A DNA stretch of 64,000 nt, taken from assembly GCA_977017575.1 (NCBI GenBank), contig CDRNVI010000014.1:455507-519506 (forward strand), written 5' to 3'. The number at the start of each line of letters is the position of its first letter. Positions within the stretch are counted from its first letter, which is position 1. Positions 63,201 to 64,000 of this stretch are shown here, in pieces. This stretch comes from Paramoeba atlantica. Lineage: Eukaryota > Protista > Discosea. Made by a program: the position numbers and the translations under genes. The notes under the pieces were generated by a model that was given only the letters and a program-made list of their open reading frames with translations, was not told the DNA's origin and ran no database searches.

Positions 63201-64000
63201 AAGAAAGAGGAAGAAAGAGGAGAAAGAGGAAGAAAGAGGAAGAAAGAGGAAGAAAGAGGAAGAAAGAGGAAGAAAGAGGAAGAAAGAGGAAGAAAGAGGA
63301 AGAAAGAGGAAGAAAGAGGAAGAAAGAGGAAGAAAGAGGAAGAAAGAGGAAGAAAGAGGAAGAAAGAGGAAGAAAGAGGAAGAAAGAGGAAGAAAGAGGA
63401 AGAAAGAGGAAGAAAGAGGAAGAAAGAGGAAGAAAGAGGAAGAAAGAGGAAGAAAGAGGAAGAAAGAGGAAGAAAGAGGAAGAAAGAGGAAGAAAGAGGA
63501 AGAAAGAGGAAGAAAGAGGAAGAAAGAGGAAGAAAGAGGAAGAAAGAGGAAGAAAGAGGAAGAAAGAGGAAGAAAGAGGAAGAAAGAGGAAGAAAGAGGA
63601 AGAAAGAGGAAGAAAGAGGAAGAAAGAGGAAGAAAGAGGAAGAAAGAGGAAGAAAGAGGAAGAAAGAGGAAGAAAGAGGAAGAAAGAGGAAGAAAGAGGA
63701 AGAAAGAGGAAGAAAGAGGAAGAAAGAGGAAGAAAGAGGAAGAAAGAGGAAGAAAGAGGAAGAAAGAGGAAGAAAGAGGAAGAAAGAGGAAGAAAGAGGA
63801 AGAAAGAGGAAGAAAGAGGAAGAAAGAGGAAGAAAGAGGAAGAAAGAGGAAGAAAGAGGAAGAAAGAGGAAGAAGAGGAAGAAAGAGGAAGAAAGAGGAA
63901 GAAAGAGGAAGAAAGAGGAAGAAAGAGGAAGAAAGAGGAGAAAGAGGAAGAAAGAGGAAGAAAGAGGAAGAAAGAGGAAGAAAGAGGAAGAAGAGGAAGA
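54255..64000 (+). repeat. Pure polypurine 10-mer array (AAAGAGGAAG)n, >=9.7 kb, runs off the window
   Basis: Direct reading; the only variants are scattered short deletions. Confidence 0.97.

Overview
Eukaryotic, gene-free window. Bases 1-54,250 are a nested pile of retroelements and 54,255-64,000 is a pure (AAAGAGGAAG)n array. Contents: (i) at least three families of CRE-like non-LTR retrotransposons with a single RT plus restriction-like-endonuclease (RLE) ORF. Family A has N-terminal C2H2-type fingers. Family E has a Tudor-like beta domain and an extra zinc finger inside the RLE. Family B is seen only as 3' halves, four of them in a 2.14-kb tandem array. (ii) Fragments of APE-endonuclease (RTE-like) LINEs. 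(iii) One structurally complete tyrosine-recombinase retrotransposon (gag-YR-RT/RNaseH, split direct repeats A..B-A-B) inserted at a 3-bp core into an APE domain that can be rebuilt in frame. (iv) Mosaics of poly(A)-terminated 3'-UTR modules, 18-bp TCTT(T)A arrays, an ~85-bp perfect-like inverted repeat and minisatellites. The main signal is a euglenozoan-type spliced-leader (SL) sequence, (TCTTT)AACGATAAAGATACAGTTTCTGTACCTTGTTG. It sits at the 5' end of many different elements, is followed by a short U-rich UTR and an ATG, and is never followed by a GT donor. This suggests the elements are SL trans-spliced and retrotranspose as SL-capped mRNAs. Family names A/B/E are my labels, and all homology calls come from motif reading, not database searches.
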